From assembly GCA_963534385.1 (NCBI GenBank), contig CAUSSQ010000001.1:1-61816 (forward strand): a stretch of 61,816 nt of DNA. Direction: 5' to 3'. Both the position numbers and the translations under genes were made by a program. Positions 49,183 through 57,906 of this stretch are shown piece after piece. The notes under the pieces were generated by a model. That model was not told the origin of the DNA, ran no database searches, and was given only the letters and a program-made list of their open reading frames with translations. Positions within the stretch are counted from its first letter, which is position 1; the number at the start of each line of letters is the position of its first letter. This stretch comes from an uncultured Candidatus Saccharibacteria bacterium. Its GTDB lineage: Bacteria; Patescibacteriota; Saccharimonadia; Saccharimonadales; Saccharimonadaceae.

Positions 49183-52083
49183 TTAAGCTCTAGGCCTTTC
49201 CCACCTAGCTACTGGAATCGGTTCCGTTCTATTAACAGTTATCACAGAGTGTAATCTATTGCGGTCAATCTGATCCAATCTATTAAGGTCATCCCTGCTG
49301 ATCATTCTGGCCCGTGCCGTAGCGTTGACTCTAGCAGCACCTCCAGCATTAGCATTATGATAAATATCATCTAACCCCAGCCTATTGGCTAGATTTTGTC
49401 CAGCATTACTACGGAACATAGCATTTTCACGTAGTGTCTCTCTGGTAGTACTGCTCATATTAGATGACAGATCGGGGTTACTTAGTGCAGTATTGGACTG
49501 TGTTGCAAGATTCCTTTTGGCTGTATCAGCAGTTGCTACATTGCCGCCATTGGCAGCTGCATTGTTGAGAGTATTTTGTATATGTTGCATATTGGCGGAG
49601 CTAGTGTTCGATACTGCTTGTGCCGATAACCCAGAGGCGTAGTTTGCTATGGCGTCAGTGTAATTAGCATTAAACTGGTCATTCTCCCAGCCGGTATCTG
49701 CCCAGTTATTGAGAGTAGTTGCGCTGATTCCTGATTTACCGTTTTCTATCATGGCGTCGGCGTAAGAGCGACGTAATTCATTTGCCTCTCGTTCTCGACC
49801 GTGTTCTTGTAGCCAGTTGGCGCGAGCGTTGACCGATTGCATCGATTGCTGGGCTTGTTCCATAGTGGCATTGGGTGCTTGTTTAGCGATGATAGCTCGC
49901 ATAGTATGGGTGTCAGTGATTTGGTTACCATCGACTGTACCACCTAAGAATGCTTCTTGTAACTGGCCGCCATTCATCCTAGATATCTTATCATTTGCAT
50001 TCTCCATGGCTTGTTTATCCAGTTCGTTATATTGTTTATCAGCTGCTGAAATAGCCTTATTTACTCCATCTGAACGAAGTACGCCACCAATCAACGGCGT
50101 GTCACCAAAACGATTCTGGGCGGCCTGGAGAGCGTTAGGCATGATATTACTAGCATGTCGCATTGGACGACTCTTTGAGACTGCACCGTGAATGCCCGTA
50201 GCGGCACTGTTAGCTAGCTTACTGCCGGCTATGGCGGCAGTTGCTTTACCCATGACATCACCCGACATCTTAAATAGTGGAATGATAGCTACGGCTGGTG
50301 CTATGGTACATATTAGGCTGGTGATGAAACCGATAATAGGGTTCTGTGTACTAGCGGTAACACTAGCAATTAATTTACTACCACCCCATACTGCCATAAA
50401 CATAGGGTATACCAGAAGCATTTTGATGAAAGCGTCTCGCCATTTCACATGCCATTTATTCATAGCAGCACTAGGGAATAAGTATAGAGCGATAGCTATA
50501 GGAGAGATGATTACCATCATAGTTAGAGCTACTCCTCTGAATATTAAGGCTAGAATGATAACTATCAAGGCTAATACAGCTGGTGGTCCGATAGAGACGA
50601 AGAGTATGACTCCAGCCACAACGCCAGCTATTCCACCTGCTACTCCTGTGGCTACGTTAGAAACAACGGCACCTATCTTTTCGCCAAGTCCCAAACCTTC
50701 GCCACCAGGACTTGTGCCAATAAGTAGTGCCATTACACCTCGCCCAGCGATATTACATAGATCAACTATAGCAGCACAAACATAGAATGAGATATTAATA
50801 ACTACAGCTAGGATGACTATCCGAGGTAACATCTTCTTAACATCGTAGTTGCTGAGTCCGTCTGAAGTCGCTGTGGAATAGATAATGATTAGGAAGGCTA
50901 TGACCAGGATGACATTAGCGATGCTAAGAAATTTTTCCCAGTAAGACTTTATTTGACTACCGCTAGTCTCGAGTAATCTCCAGTCGAGAATATTCTCTAT
51001 GATTCCGTATAGAAAGTCGATGATAAGATTCAATAAGTTCTGACCGGGACAAAGCAAGAAGCCAAAGCCAAAGAAACCGGCGTTACATTTGTCTTTCTCT
51101 TCATCCCCTTCGCTACCATCACCACTGTCTGCATTCTGATCTTGTGCTTTGTCGCCGGTCTCTTCTACGCTGGCGTTGATAGCATTAACGTATGCGGGAA
51201 AGGTCTTTTTCATTCCGTTATAGAGTGAATCGCATGTCTCACCCTTACTATCCTTTTGCGCTTTTGAAACGAACGGCGCTCCTCTATGCTCATCTAGAGG
51301 TCCGCCAGTATTTTTGTTGATATAGACCGTTCCTATATCATACTTACCATCACTATTCGCTTTTAATGTACTACCCTGTTCAAATTTCCACGTTTCTTTA
51401 TCGACGGGGTCTGCTGTAGAAGTGTAGAAGTCTCCACTTGAACACCTCTTCGTGAATGCATCTTTATAGACCATAAATAGTGCAGCATCACTACTGATTG
51501 ATTTCATTTTACTTAAGATTTTGTCTTTAATGAGAGATGCAACGTCAGATAGCTTTAACGTCTTACTATTTTTCGAAGAAGCTAGTGTATTAAGCTCGTC
51601 TGCTATATTTATGTCAATACCTGCTGACTTAGCAGCCGACTGAATACTATCGTTAGTACACGTATTTTCTTTATTATCGCCATCAATATAGTTTACCGTA
51701 GCTGCACTTACACGGTTAGGGCCATAGCCTGATGAGTTAGAGGAAGTGTGTACAAAAGATCCGATTGAATCAAAATGACTAATGTCGTCCCCGCCATAGC
51801 TATTAAACTCATCAACGCATGCCCTGACCAGACTATATGATTTATATGCGTTAACGGCTGCTTCAATGTCTTTCTGACTCATCGCTTTTGAGCCGCCACT
51901 CTTTCCGTCGGGGTTAACTGCCTTAGGTGCGGCCAGACTGTCACGACTTACTATAAGTGCGAGTGATACTATGACGATAAAAACGCTCAGTAGCATTATA
52001 AGTCGCATTGCCTTTTTTTGCTTGCTCTGTGTCTTGGAGGATAGACCTTCTATGTTTTTCTTTTTTCCCCACATCTTCTTCAT
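49183..52083 (-). CDS. extended VirB6/TrbL-like T4SS membrane protein
   Basis: signal/TM, Cys-containing extracytoplasmic region, core W..F..IAN..Y.VKKMLPRI..INISF..DL.N..ISPIA..P..W, long C-terminal tail. Confidence 0.72.
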   Translation of the reverse strand: MKKMWGKKKNIEGLSSKTQSKQKKAMRLIMLLSVFIVIVSLALIVSRDSLAAPKAVNPDGKSGGSKAMSQKDIEAAVNAYKSYSLVRACVDEFNSYGGDDISHFDSIGSFVHTSSNSSGYGPNRVSAATVNYIDGDNKENTCTNDSIQSAAKSAGIDINIADELNTLASSKNSKTLKLSDVASLIKDKILSKMKSISSDAALFMVYKDAFTKRCSSGDFYTSTADPVDKETWKFEQGSTLKANSDGKYDIGTVYINKNTGGPLDEHRGAPFVSKAQKDSKGETCDSLYNGMKKTFPAYVNAINASVEETGDKAQDQNADSGDGSEGDEEKDKCNAGFFGFGFLLCPGQNLLNLIIDFLYGIIENILDWRLLETSGSQIKSYWEKFLSIANVILVIAFLIIIYSTATSDGLSNYDVKKMLPRIVILAVVINISFYVCAAIVDLCNIAGRGVMALLIGTSPGGEGLGLGEKIGAVVSNVATGVAGGIAGVVAGVILFVSIGPPAVLALIVIILALIFRGVALTMMVIISPIAIALYLFPSAAMNKWHVKWRDAFIKMLLVYPMFMAVWGGSKLIASVTASTQNPIIGFITSLICTIAPAVAIIPLFKMSGDVMGKATAAIAGSKLANSAATGIHGAVSKSRPMRHASNIMPNALQAAQNRFGDTPLIGGVLRSDGVNKAISAADKQYNELDKQAMENANDKISRMNGGQLQEAFLGGTVDGNQITDTHTMRAIIAKQAPNATMEQAQQSMQSVNARANWLQEHGREREANELRRSYADAMIENGKSGISATTLNNWADTGWENDQFNANYTDAIANYASGLSAQAVSNTSSANMQHIQNTLNNAAANGGNVATADTAKRNLATQSNTALSNPDLSSNMSSTTRETLRENAMFRSNAGQNLANRLGLDDIYHNANAGGAARVNATARARMISRDDLNRLDQIDRNRLHSVITVNRTEPIPVARWERPRA

Positions 52084-52315
52084 GTTAATAATCTATAAGA
52101 AAATACGAGAGAAGTCAATTTATGTTGACAAGTTTTACAGCTAAATAAAACAGATATCACTTATGAGCTATCCCGTGTAAACTATGCTTGGAGTAGACAA
52201 CCTCAGGAAGGGTAGGATGAATAGTAATATCTGTCAGACATATTGACACGACTAATCAATGTCAGGTTAGAAACAGACGGAGCAATTCTATATTATTCAT
52301 TACTTTAATGATCTA

Positions 52316-53632
52316 TTATGGTTTTTGCTTCTTGTGCTTGATGGTGTTCATAGTGCTTTGATTTATACGTAACGTATCACTAAACCTACCGAGCCTGTCT
52401 TCAGTCTTAAATATTACATCATAATTATCTTTGATAATCTGAATTAATTCTTTCTCAGTTGGCAAATGGTCACATACTATTTTGCCACTATAAAAGCGAC
52501 CGCCTCCATTATCTTTACTATTCTCGTCACCACTGAACAGGCCGGGGATATCTATTACATATTGACCACCGAATTCTTCTGATTCAAAGTTATCGTAGTT
52601 TGGGTTAGAAATGGTGATTTGCAAGACACCATCAACGATATTAGGGTCAACTTTAGATAGCTCCTCGTAGTGATATCGGCCTGTATGAGATATTCTATAA
52701 CCTGTATCGTTTTGCGCAACATTAACTTTCTTAAATACGGTATTATTATATCCACCGTACTTCTTAATCATATCCACTAAAGCATTGCGACCGTGATAGT
52801 CTTCTTCCCGGGCAAATACATCGCCAATTGACTCGAATTTAGTGCCGGTTGGATTCTTCTCATTTCGTTTAGCTATAAGCTCTATTAGGTCATTCATTGA
52901 AGCTTCTTTGCGTTCGTCAACAGTATCATCACTGGTGTACTTAACTTGCGAGGTATATTCTCCGCATGAGACGTAATCATTAATATTGTAGGAATCATAT
53001 TCATAGAGTGTATAACTAATCTTGCCGTCATGTTCGCTATCGGCAGTCTCAGTATTCATATTTGGATCCGTTTTTTTAACCTCTCCTGTCGTGGTAGTCT
53101 GGTTGGTCGTCTTAGTCGTCGTATTTTGGGAACTGTTAGTCTGGGTACTACTAATTAAGTTGGTTGGATAACCACTGTCAATCTTATTTTCAGTATTCTT
53201 ACTACAGGCTCCCCCGAGTAAGCTAAGAGCTAGCGCCACTGAAGCTACTCCACCGATAATTTTCTTCTTAGCTGAGCTATCTAGATCATTAAACTTATCG
53301 ACTACACCTTTAGCATTTTCTTTGACTGAATTGGCAATTTCACTGGCTTTATCAGCAGCCTTGCTCGCACCATTCTTGATGTTATTAGTAAGTTCCTTTT
53401 TATCGGCGTTTTTAATGGCACTAGCTGCTTCCATACCTAACTCTAAGAAACTGGTGGTACCAATCTTTTTGGCGACATGAGCTGCATGACGAAGCCTTTC
53501 CTTAGTCGAGTCTTGGTCGGACTGACCGGAGTTAACACCGGTTTGGTCATACGATACGGACATCGGGGCATTACTGTCCTCCGGTACATCAGAATATTTA
53601 GTGTCGTTTGACGGTATGTTGAAGTCGCCCAT
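52316..53632 (-). CDS. hypothetical single-TM protein with Thr-rich stalk
   Basis: 438-aa AT-rich ORF; internal hydrophobic segment ending LLGGAC; SD GAGGA. Confidence 0.7.
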   Translation of the reverse strand: MGDFNIPSNDTKYSDVPEDSNAPMSVSYDQTGVNSGQSDQDSTKERLRHAAHVAKKIGTTSFLELGMEAASAIKNADKKELTNNIKNGASKAADKASEIANSVKENAKGVVDKFNDLDSSAKKKIIGGVASVALALSLLGGACSKNTENKIDSGYPTNLISSTQTNSSQNTTTKTTNQTTTTGEVKKTDPNMNTETADSEHDGKISYTLYEYDSYNINDYVSCGEYTSQVKYTSDDTVDERKEASMNDLIELIAKRNEKNPTGTKFESIGDVFAREEDYHGRNALVDMIKKYGGYNNTVFKKVNVAQNDTGYRISHTGRYHYEELSKVDPNIVDGVLQITISNPNYDNFESEEFGGQYVIDIPGLFSGDENSKDNGGGRFYSGKIVCDHLPTEKELIQIIKDNYDVIFKTEDRLGRFSDTLRINQSTMNTIKHKKQKP

Positions 53633-53668
53633 TTATGGCAAGTCCTCTCTTTCTACTCTCGCTAGAGT

Positions 53669-53698
53669 AAAAAACAACTAGCAGGCTACTCTGCTAGT
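53669..53698 (-). terminator. terminator-like hairpin in the leader of 52316-53632
   Basis: ACTAGCAG-AGTAGC-CTGCTAGT + TGTTTTTT; promoter TTGCCA-17-TATAGT at 53816-53788. Confidence 0.6.
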
Positions 53699-53900
53699 CG
53701 TGATGATACTGATCTTACTCGAAGGCTACCTTCTTTCACAAGCTAACCTTCTAACCACCTCATAATTAATCATTAATGGCTAAGCTTACTATACAGTGTA
53801 ACTAGTTGGTTGGCAAGCTTGAGCGATATGGTGTGCTCAGGGATGGTTCTTGTTCTCCCCCTATATTGACTTTACTGATACTTATTATATGATTATTAAT

Positions 53901-54719
53901 ATGACGAAGCAAAATGAAAATAAAAACGATAGTAACTGTTGCCTAACTGCTGGGCTATGCCGGTTAGCTTCTCGCTCTTTTACGTTTGTGTGTGCTTTGG
54001 TACTAGCGGCTGCGTTGGCAGTGGTTATCGGTAGTGGTAATGTGTATGCCGAATATACTAAAGAACAATACTGTAAGGAACAAGGAGTACTGGGTAAGAA
54101 ACCGATTATTTGTGCCAGCCCTGATGAACAACAAAAGGCTAAGATCAATGACCCGACGTACGATACTAAGGTAAGTGATGCCGAAAAAGAATTCCAGAGA
54201 GCGAAGAGTGTTCATGAGAGTAAAGTAAAACAAGGTGGCAACAATCAAAACCAAGGCAATAAGAATCAAGATGGAGGTAAAAACCAGAATCAGAAAGACC
54301 AGAATAATAAAAGTCAAGAGCCGGAGCACAAGGACGATGGTGATGGAAGTAACAAAAAGAAGGATGGCAATAAGAGTGGCGGTGGTAACGGATCGACTGG
54401 TGGCGGAGGGGCTAGTAGCTCGCCACACCAGTGTGGTAACGCTGGCACCTTTTTTGATTGGGGTTGTAGCGGCGTTGATGATAGTAAGATTATCGTAACG
54501 ACGTTGATCACTATCTCTAACTGGATAGCATTAGGCGCCGTCGTAATAGTGACCTTTGGTATTATCTATGGGGCAATTATATATGCTACATCAGCAGGTG
54601 ATGCTACTAAAGCGAAGAAGGGTATAAGTATCATAAGAAACGCCATCATCGCTCTAATGCTATATCTGTTGATGTGGGCGATCTTGCAGTATGTCGTACC
54701 AGGAGGATTGTTCGGCTAA
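53901..54719 (+). CDS. VirB2/TrbC-like T4SS pilin 1 with long low-complexity N-terminal extension
   Basis: C-terminal IIYGAIIYATSAGD..KAKKG..I.NAIIAL core. Confidence 0.75.
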   Translation: MTKQNENKNDSNCCLTAGLCRLASRSFTFVCALVLAAALAVVIGSGNVYAEYTKEQYCKEQGVLGKKPIICASPDEQQKAKINDPTYDTKVSDAEKEFQRAKSVHESKVKQGGNNQNQGNKNQDGGKNQNQKDQNNKSQEPEHKDDGDGSNKKKDGNKSGGGNGSTGGGGASSSPHQCGNAGTFFDWGCSGVDDSKIIVTTLITISNWIALGAVVIVTFGIIYGAIIYATSAGDATKAKKGISIIRNAIIALMLYLLMWAILQYVVPGGLFG

Positions 54720-55135
54720 TGATTAGTAAGTTATGTAGAGGCATCGTTATCCTAGCGCTAGTGGTCACCAGCGTAAGTATATTTCTACCGGCTGATGAGG
54801 TTCATGCCGCCTGTGCTGATAGTGTGATGGGCTTTCCTACCTGGTATCGAGGTCTTGATTGCGATAATGGTCATGTTAATCTAGACAATAAGAACCTTGG
54901 TGAAGTGGCGATGATTGTTGGGTTAAATGTCATTGATGTAGCTCTGAGAGTTGTCGGTATAGTAGCTACGGCTATGATCATCTATAGTGGCTACCTGTTT
55001 ATGATGGCGACCGGTGAAGGTGCTCCTACGAAGGTGGCTAAAGCCCGTACTACTCTAGTGGCTGCTATCGCCGGGCTGGTTATAGCAGTGTCGGCGGCAT
55101 TTATTATAGCGTTTATAGTAGATAGGGTGAAATAA
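54719..55135 (+). CDS. VirB2-like T4SS pilin 2
   Basis: IIYSGYLFM..TGEG..VAKARTTL..AIAGL; TAATG overlap. Confidence 0.78.
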   Translation: MISKLCRGIVILALVVTSVSIFLPADEVHAACADSVMGFPTWYRGLDCDNGHVNLDNKNLGEVAMIVGLNVIDVALRVVGIVATAMIIYSGYLFMMATGEGAPTKVAKARTTLVAAIAGLVIAVSAAFIIAFIVDRVK

Positions 55136-55434
55136 TGATCAATGGTATATTGCTAGCGGCAAAGGTAAAAAATGCGCCTGGTAATGGTGAGATCAACCTG
55201 CCTCAAATCGAACCAGAAAAAGTGGTTACCGGTGGCTTTAATACGGCTTTCTTTATTGCTGGAGCTTTAGCGGTGATCATGATCATAATAGCAGGTATTA
55301 TGTATATGACGGCCGGTGGTGATGCTAAGAAAGCTGCGCTTGCAGCTAAGTCAATCATGGTTACTATTATTGGTCTGATCGTTATAATACTAGCCTATGC
55401 CATAGTTAGTTTTGTAATCGGGAATATTGGCTAA
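55135..55434 (+). CDS. VirB2-like T4SS pilin 3
   Basis: FIAGALAVIMIIIAGIMYMTAGGD..K...A..SI...IIGL; TAATG overlap. Confidence 0.8.
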   Translation: MINGILLAAKVKNAPGNGEINLPQIEPEKVVTGGFNTAFFIAGALAVIMIIIAGIMYMTAGGDAKKAALAAKSIMVTIIGLIVIILAYAIVSFVIGNIG

Positions 55435-55847
55435 TGATGCGAGTTTTAATTCTTAGATTAAGACAGGTGTTTGCTGGCGGTAGATTACTATTATTCTTAT
55501 TTGCCTTTCTAGTGATTACTACTCGGCCGGTTTTTGCAGATTGTGCTACTAATCCTACAGAAGCCGGCTGTCCCTGTGCTCTCAATAGCTCTAGTGCGAT
55601 TTGTAAAGATCTGGAAAACAAAGATGGTTTATCTAATACGATCAAGAATGCCACTAATATCGTGCTCTTCATCGCCGGGGCGTTAGCGGTGATTATGATC
55701 ATCTACGGTTCAATCCGTTTTATGACGGCACATGGTAATGAGAAGCAGGTCGAGAGTGCTCGCTTGATCGTTACTTATTCAGTCATCGGACTGATTATCG
55801 CTATCCTAGCCTATGCTCTAGTTAATTTCGTGCTGAGTAATCTGTAA
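55434..55847 (+). CDS. VirB2-like T4SS pilin 4
   Basis: LFIAGALAVIMIIYGSIRFMTAHGNEKQV; TAATG overlap. Confidence 0.8.
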   Translation: MMRVLILRLRQVFAGGRLLLFLFAFLVITTRPVFADCATNPTEAGCPCALNSSSAICKDLENKDGLSNTIKNATNIVLFIAGALAVIMIIYGSIRFMTAHGNEKQVESARLIVTYSVIGLIIAILAYALVNFVLSNL

Positions 55848-55861
55848 GGATAAGGAGGAAG

Positions 55862-56245
55862 ATGAAACAGATAAGCAAAGCTAAAGTACTAACGGCGGTG
55901 ATGTGCCTAGCCATGGTTTTTACTGTAGTATCACCAGTCAGCCTGCCGGTATATGCTGGCTCTAAGGATGAGGTACAGAATGGCGCTGATATGGCTAATG
56001 GTGGCGGTGGCTCAAATCAGAATCTGCCAGATATCATCACCACTATCATTAATGTGATGCTCTTCATCGCCGGGGCGTTAGCGGTGATCATGATCATCTA
56101 TGGCGGTATCCGCTATATTACTGCCCATGGTGATGAGAAGCAGGTCAAGGTTGCCAAAGATACCATCGTCTACTCGGTAGCGGGCTTGATCATCGCTATC
56201 CTCGCCTATGCTCTGGTCACCTTTATCTTCGATAGGTTTAAGTAG
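55862..56245 (+). CDS. VirB2-like T4SS pilin 5
   Basis: signal peptide, same core, SD AAGGAGG. Confidence 0.82.
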   Translation: MKQISKAKVLTAVMCLAMVFTVVSPVSLPVYAGSKDEVQNGADMANGGGGSNQNLPDIITTIINVMLFIAGALAVIMIIYGGIRYITAHGDEKQVKVAKDTIVYSVAGLIIAILAYALVTFIFDRFK

Positions 56246-56321
56246 TGGCGGTGATTGTAATTGCAGACTGACTGTTCTATAATGATGGAAATAAAATGAA
56301 AAAATAGGAGGAAGGAAGATA

Positions 56322-56738
56322 ATGAAGAATATGTTTAAGAAGGTTATGGCGGGCTTCGTCGTAGTAGCTAGCATGGCGCTGGTGATGACCGGGTTAGGCG
56401 CTTTATCTAGCTTGCCCGCTCAGGCAGCCTGTAAAGTTGACGATGGGATTAGTGGTGCTTTACAGGATGACTGTAGCCGAGGCAAGGGTCAAGCCAAGGA
56501 GCTAGATGGCAATCAGGGCATCATCACTACTATCATTAATACCATGCTCTTTATCGTTGGCTTACTGGCAGTGATCATGATCATCTATGCCGGTATCAGG
56601 TTCGTAACCGCCCATGGTGACGAAAAACAGGTTACCGGTGCTCGTCAGACTATCATTTATTCGGTGGTTGGCTTGATTGTCGCAATTGTGGCTTATGCCT
56701 TAGTTAACTGGGTCTTTACTCAGTTTAAGACGAATTAA
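56322..56738 (+). CDS. VirB2-like T4SS pilin 6
   Basis: signal peptide ending AQA, same core, SD AGGAGG and a TATAAT upstream. Confidence 0.82.
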   Translation: MKNMFKKVMAGFVVVASMALVMTGLGALSSLPAQAACKVDDGISGALQDDCSRGKGQAKELDGNQGIITTIINTMLFIVGLLAVIMIIYAGIRFVTAHGDEKQVTGARQTIIYSVVGLIVAIVAYALVNWVFTQFKTN

Positions 56739-56763
56739 GTTTAAGAGAGTGAGGAATTAAACT

Positions 56764-57204
56764 ATGTCGAGAAGCCTACCATCTAAATCTACCGCAGGGT
56801 TAGCTTTGGCTGGCGTACTGTCGATGGTGGGCTCTCTGACGGCGTCGGCACTTTCTCTGACTGATGTCTTCTCCGGACCGTACCGGGGTGAGGGTCAGCC
56901 ATCGAACCTGTTTAACGGTCAGTCGGCCATCATACCGAGGATCATCAATCTGATGCTCTTCATCGTCGGCATCTTGTCTATCTTTATGATCATCTATGGC
57001 GGTATCCGCTATGTCTTATCGGGTGGCGATAACGCTAAGGTAAAAGATGCTATGCATACTATCATGTATTCGATCGTCGGCTTGGTAGTAGCGATACTTG
57101 GTTATGCGGTAGTCGGCTGGGTAGTTTCGGTGGTTGGAGCTGGTGGGGCTGCTAATGGCTCCTCGGCTACAGTAACGATGCTGATCACTTCCCTACTGGC
57201 TTAA
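56764..57204 (+). CDS. VirB2-like T4SS pilin 7
   Basis: LFIVGILSIFMIIYGGIRYVLSGGD..KV..A..TI.YS..GL. Confidence 0.8.
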   Translation: MSRSLPSKSTAGLALAGVLSMVGSLTASALSLTDVFSGPYRGEGQPSNLFNGQSAIIPRIINLMLFIVGILSIFMIIYGGIRYVLSGGDNAKVKDAMHTIMYSIVGLVVAILGYAVVGWVVSVVGAGGAANGSSATVTMLITSLLA

Positions 57205-57265
57205 GGCTGTTTGAGACTCGTACTACTAAATAGTACTGGAACCAAAAGGATGAGAAAGATATTAA

Positions 57266-57298
57266 AAATAAAGCGGTGATTATCTCACCGCTTTATTT
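57266..57298. terminator. bidirectional intrinsic terminator
   Basis: AAATAAAGCGGTGA-TTATC-TCACCGCTTTATTT between convergent genes. Confidence 0.8.
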
Positions 57299-57318
57299 CG
57301 TGTAGCTATACTTAAAAG

Positions 57319-57798
57319 CTACTGGATCTGGATCTTACGAGCCTGCTCTTGCTTGACCTTATTAAAGGCGATGGTAAGCACGCCATCTTTCAGCACAGCC
57401 TTGACCTCGTCCTCTTTGACCGCTACAGGCAGAACTAATGTTCGGCTAAACTCTCCCCAGTAGCACTCTTGGACATGCCAGTGAGTGGCATCGCTGTCAT
57501 CACCACTGCTCAGTGTGCCACTAATGGTTAGCACACCGTCAGCGATACTGACGTCCAGGTCGTTCTTGTTGACACCGGCCGTCCGAGCCTTAACTATCAG
57601 CTGCTCCGGCGTCTCATACACATCGACTGCTAGCTGACCCGGTACCGAGTCATACTCACCGTCTCGGCTATTACTCGCCACAGTCTGATTACCGTTACTA
57701 GAATTATCGGCGGGATCATCAGTGCTGAATAGTGCCTTAGCTAAATCGCCATCCAAGCCATCAATCAGCAGATCATCGCCTTGTTGTCCTCTCGCCAT
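57319..57798 (-). CDS. small heat-shock protein Hsp20/alpha-crystallin
   Basis: VDVYET, GV.K.D.DV, E.YWGEFSR...LP, LKDGVLTI, KIQIQ. Confidence 0.93.
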   Translation of the reverse strand: MARGQQGDDLLIDGLDGDLAKALFSTDDPADNSSNGNQTVASNSRDGEYDSVPGQLAVDVYETPEQLIVKARTAGVNKNDLDVSIADGVLTISGTLSSGDDSDATHWHVQECYWGEFSRTLVLPVAVKEDEVKAVLKDGVLTIAFNKVKQEQARKIQIQ

Positions 57799-57906
57799 TC
57801 TCCTCCTTACATTCGCTTACATAATGTCAGCGTTTATGGCATAATTATAACTAAGTTACCACTGATTGACAACTACCGGAGTGCTGTTAGAAGTGTAAAA
57901 AAGACA

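Noticed and set aside
53901..57204. diversity-generating retroelement or shufflon acting on the pilins
   Set aside because: No reverse transcriptase or recombinase in the window, no adenine-specific template/variable pair, and all copies are intact and co-oriented.
40002..57204. integrated conjugative element
   Set aside because: No integrase, relaxase or att repeats; housekeeping genes are interleaved.
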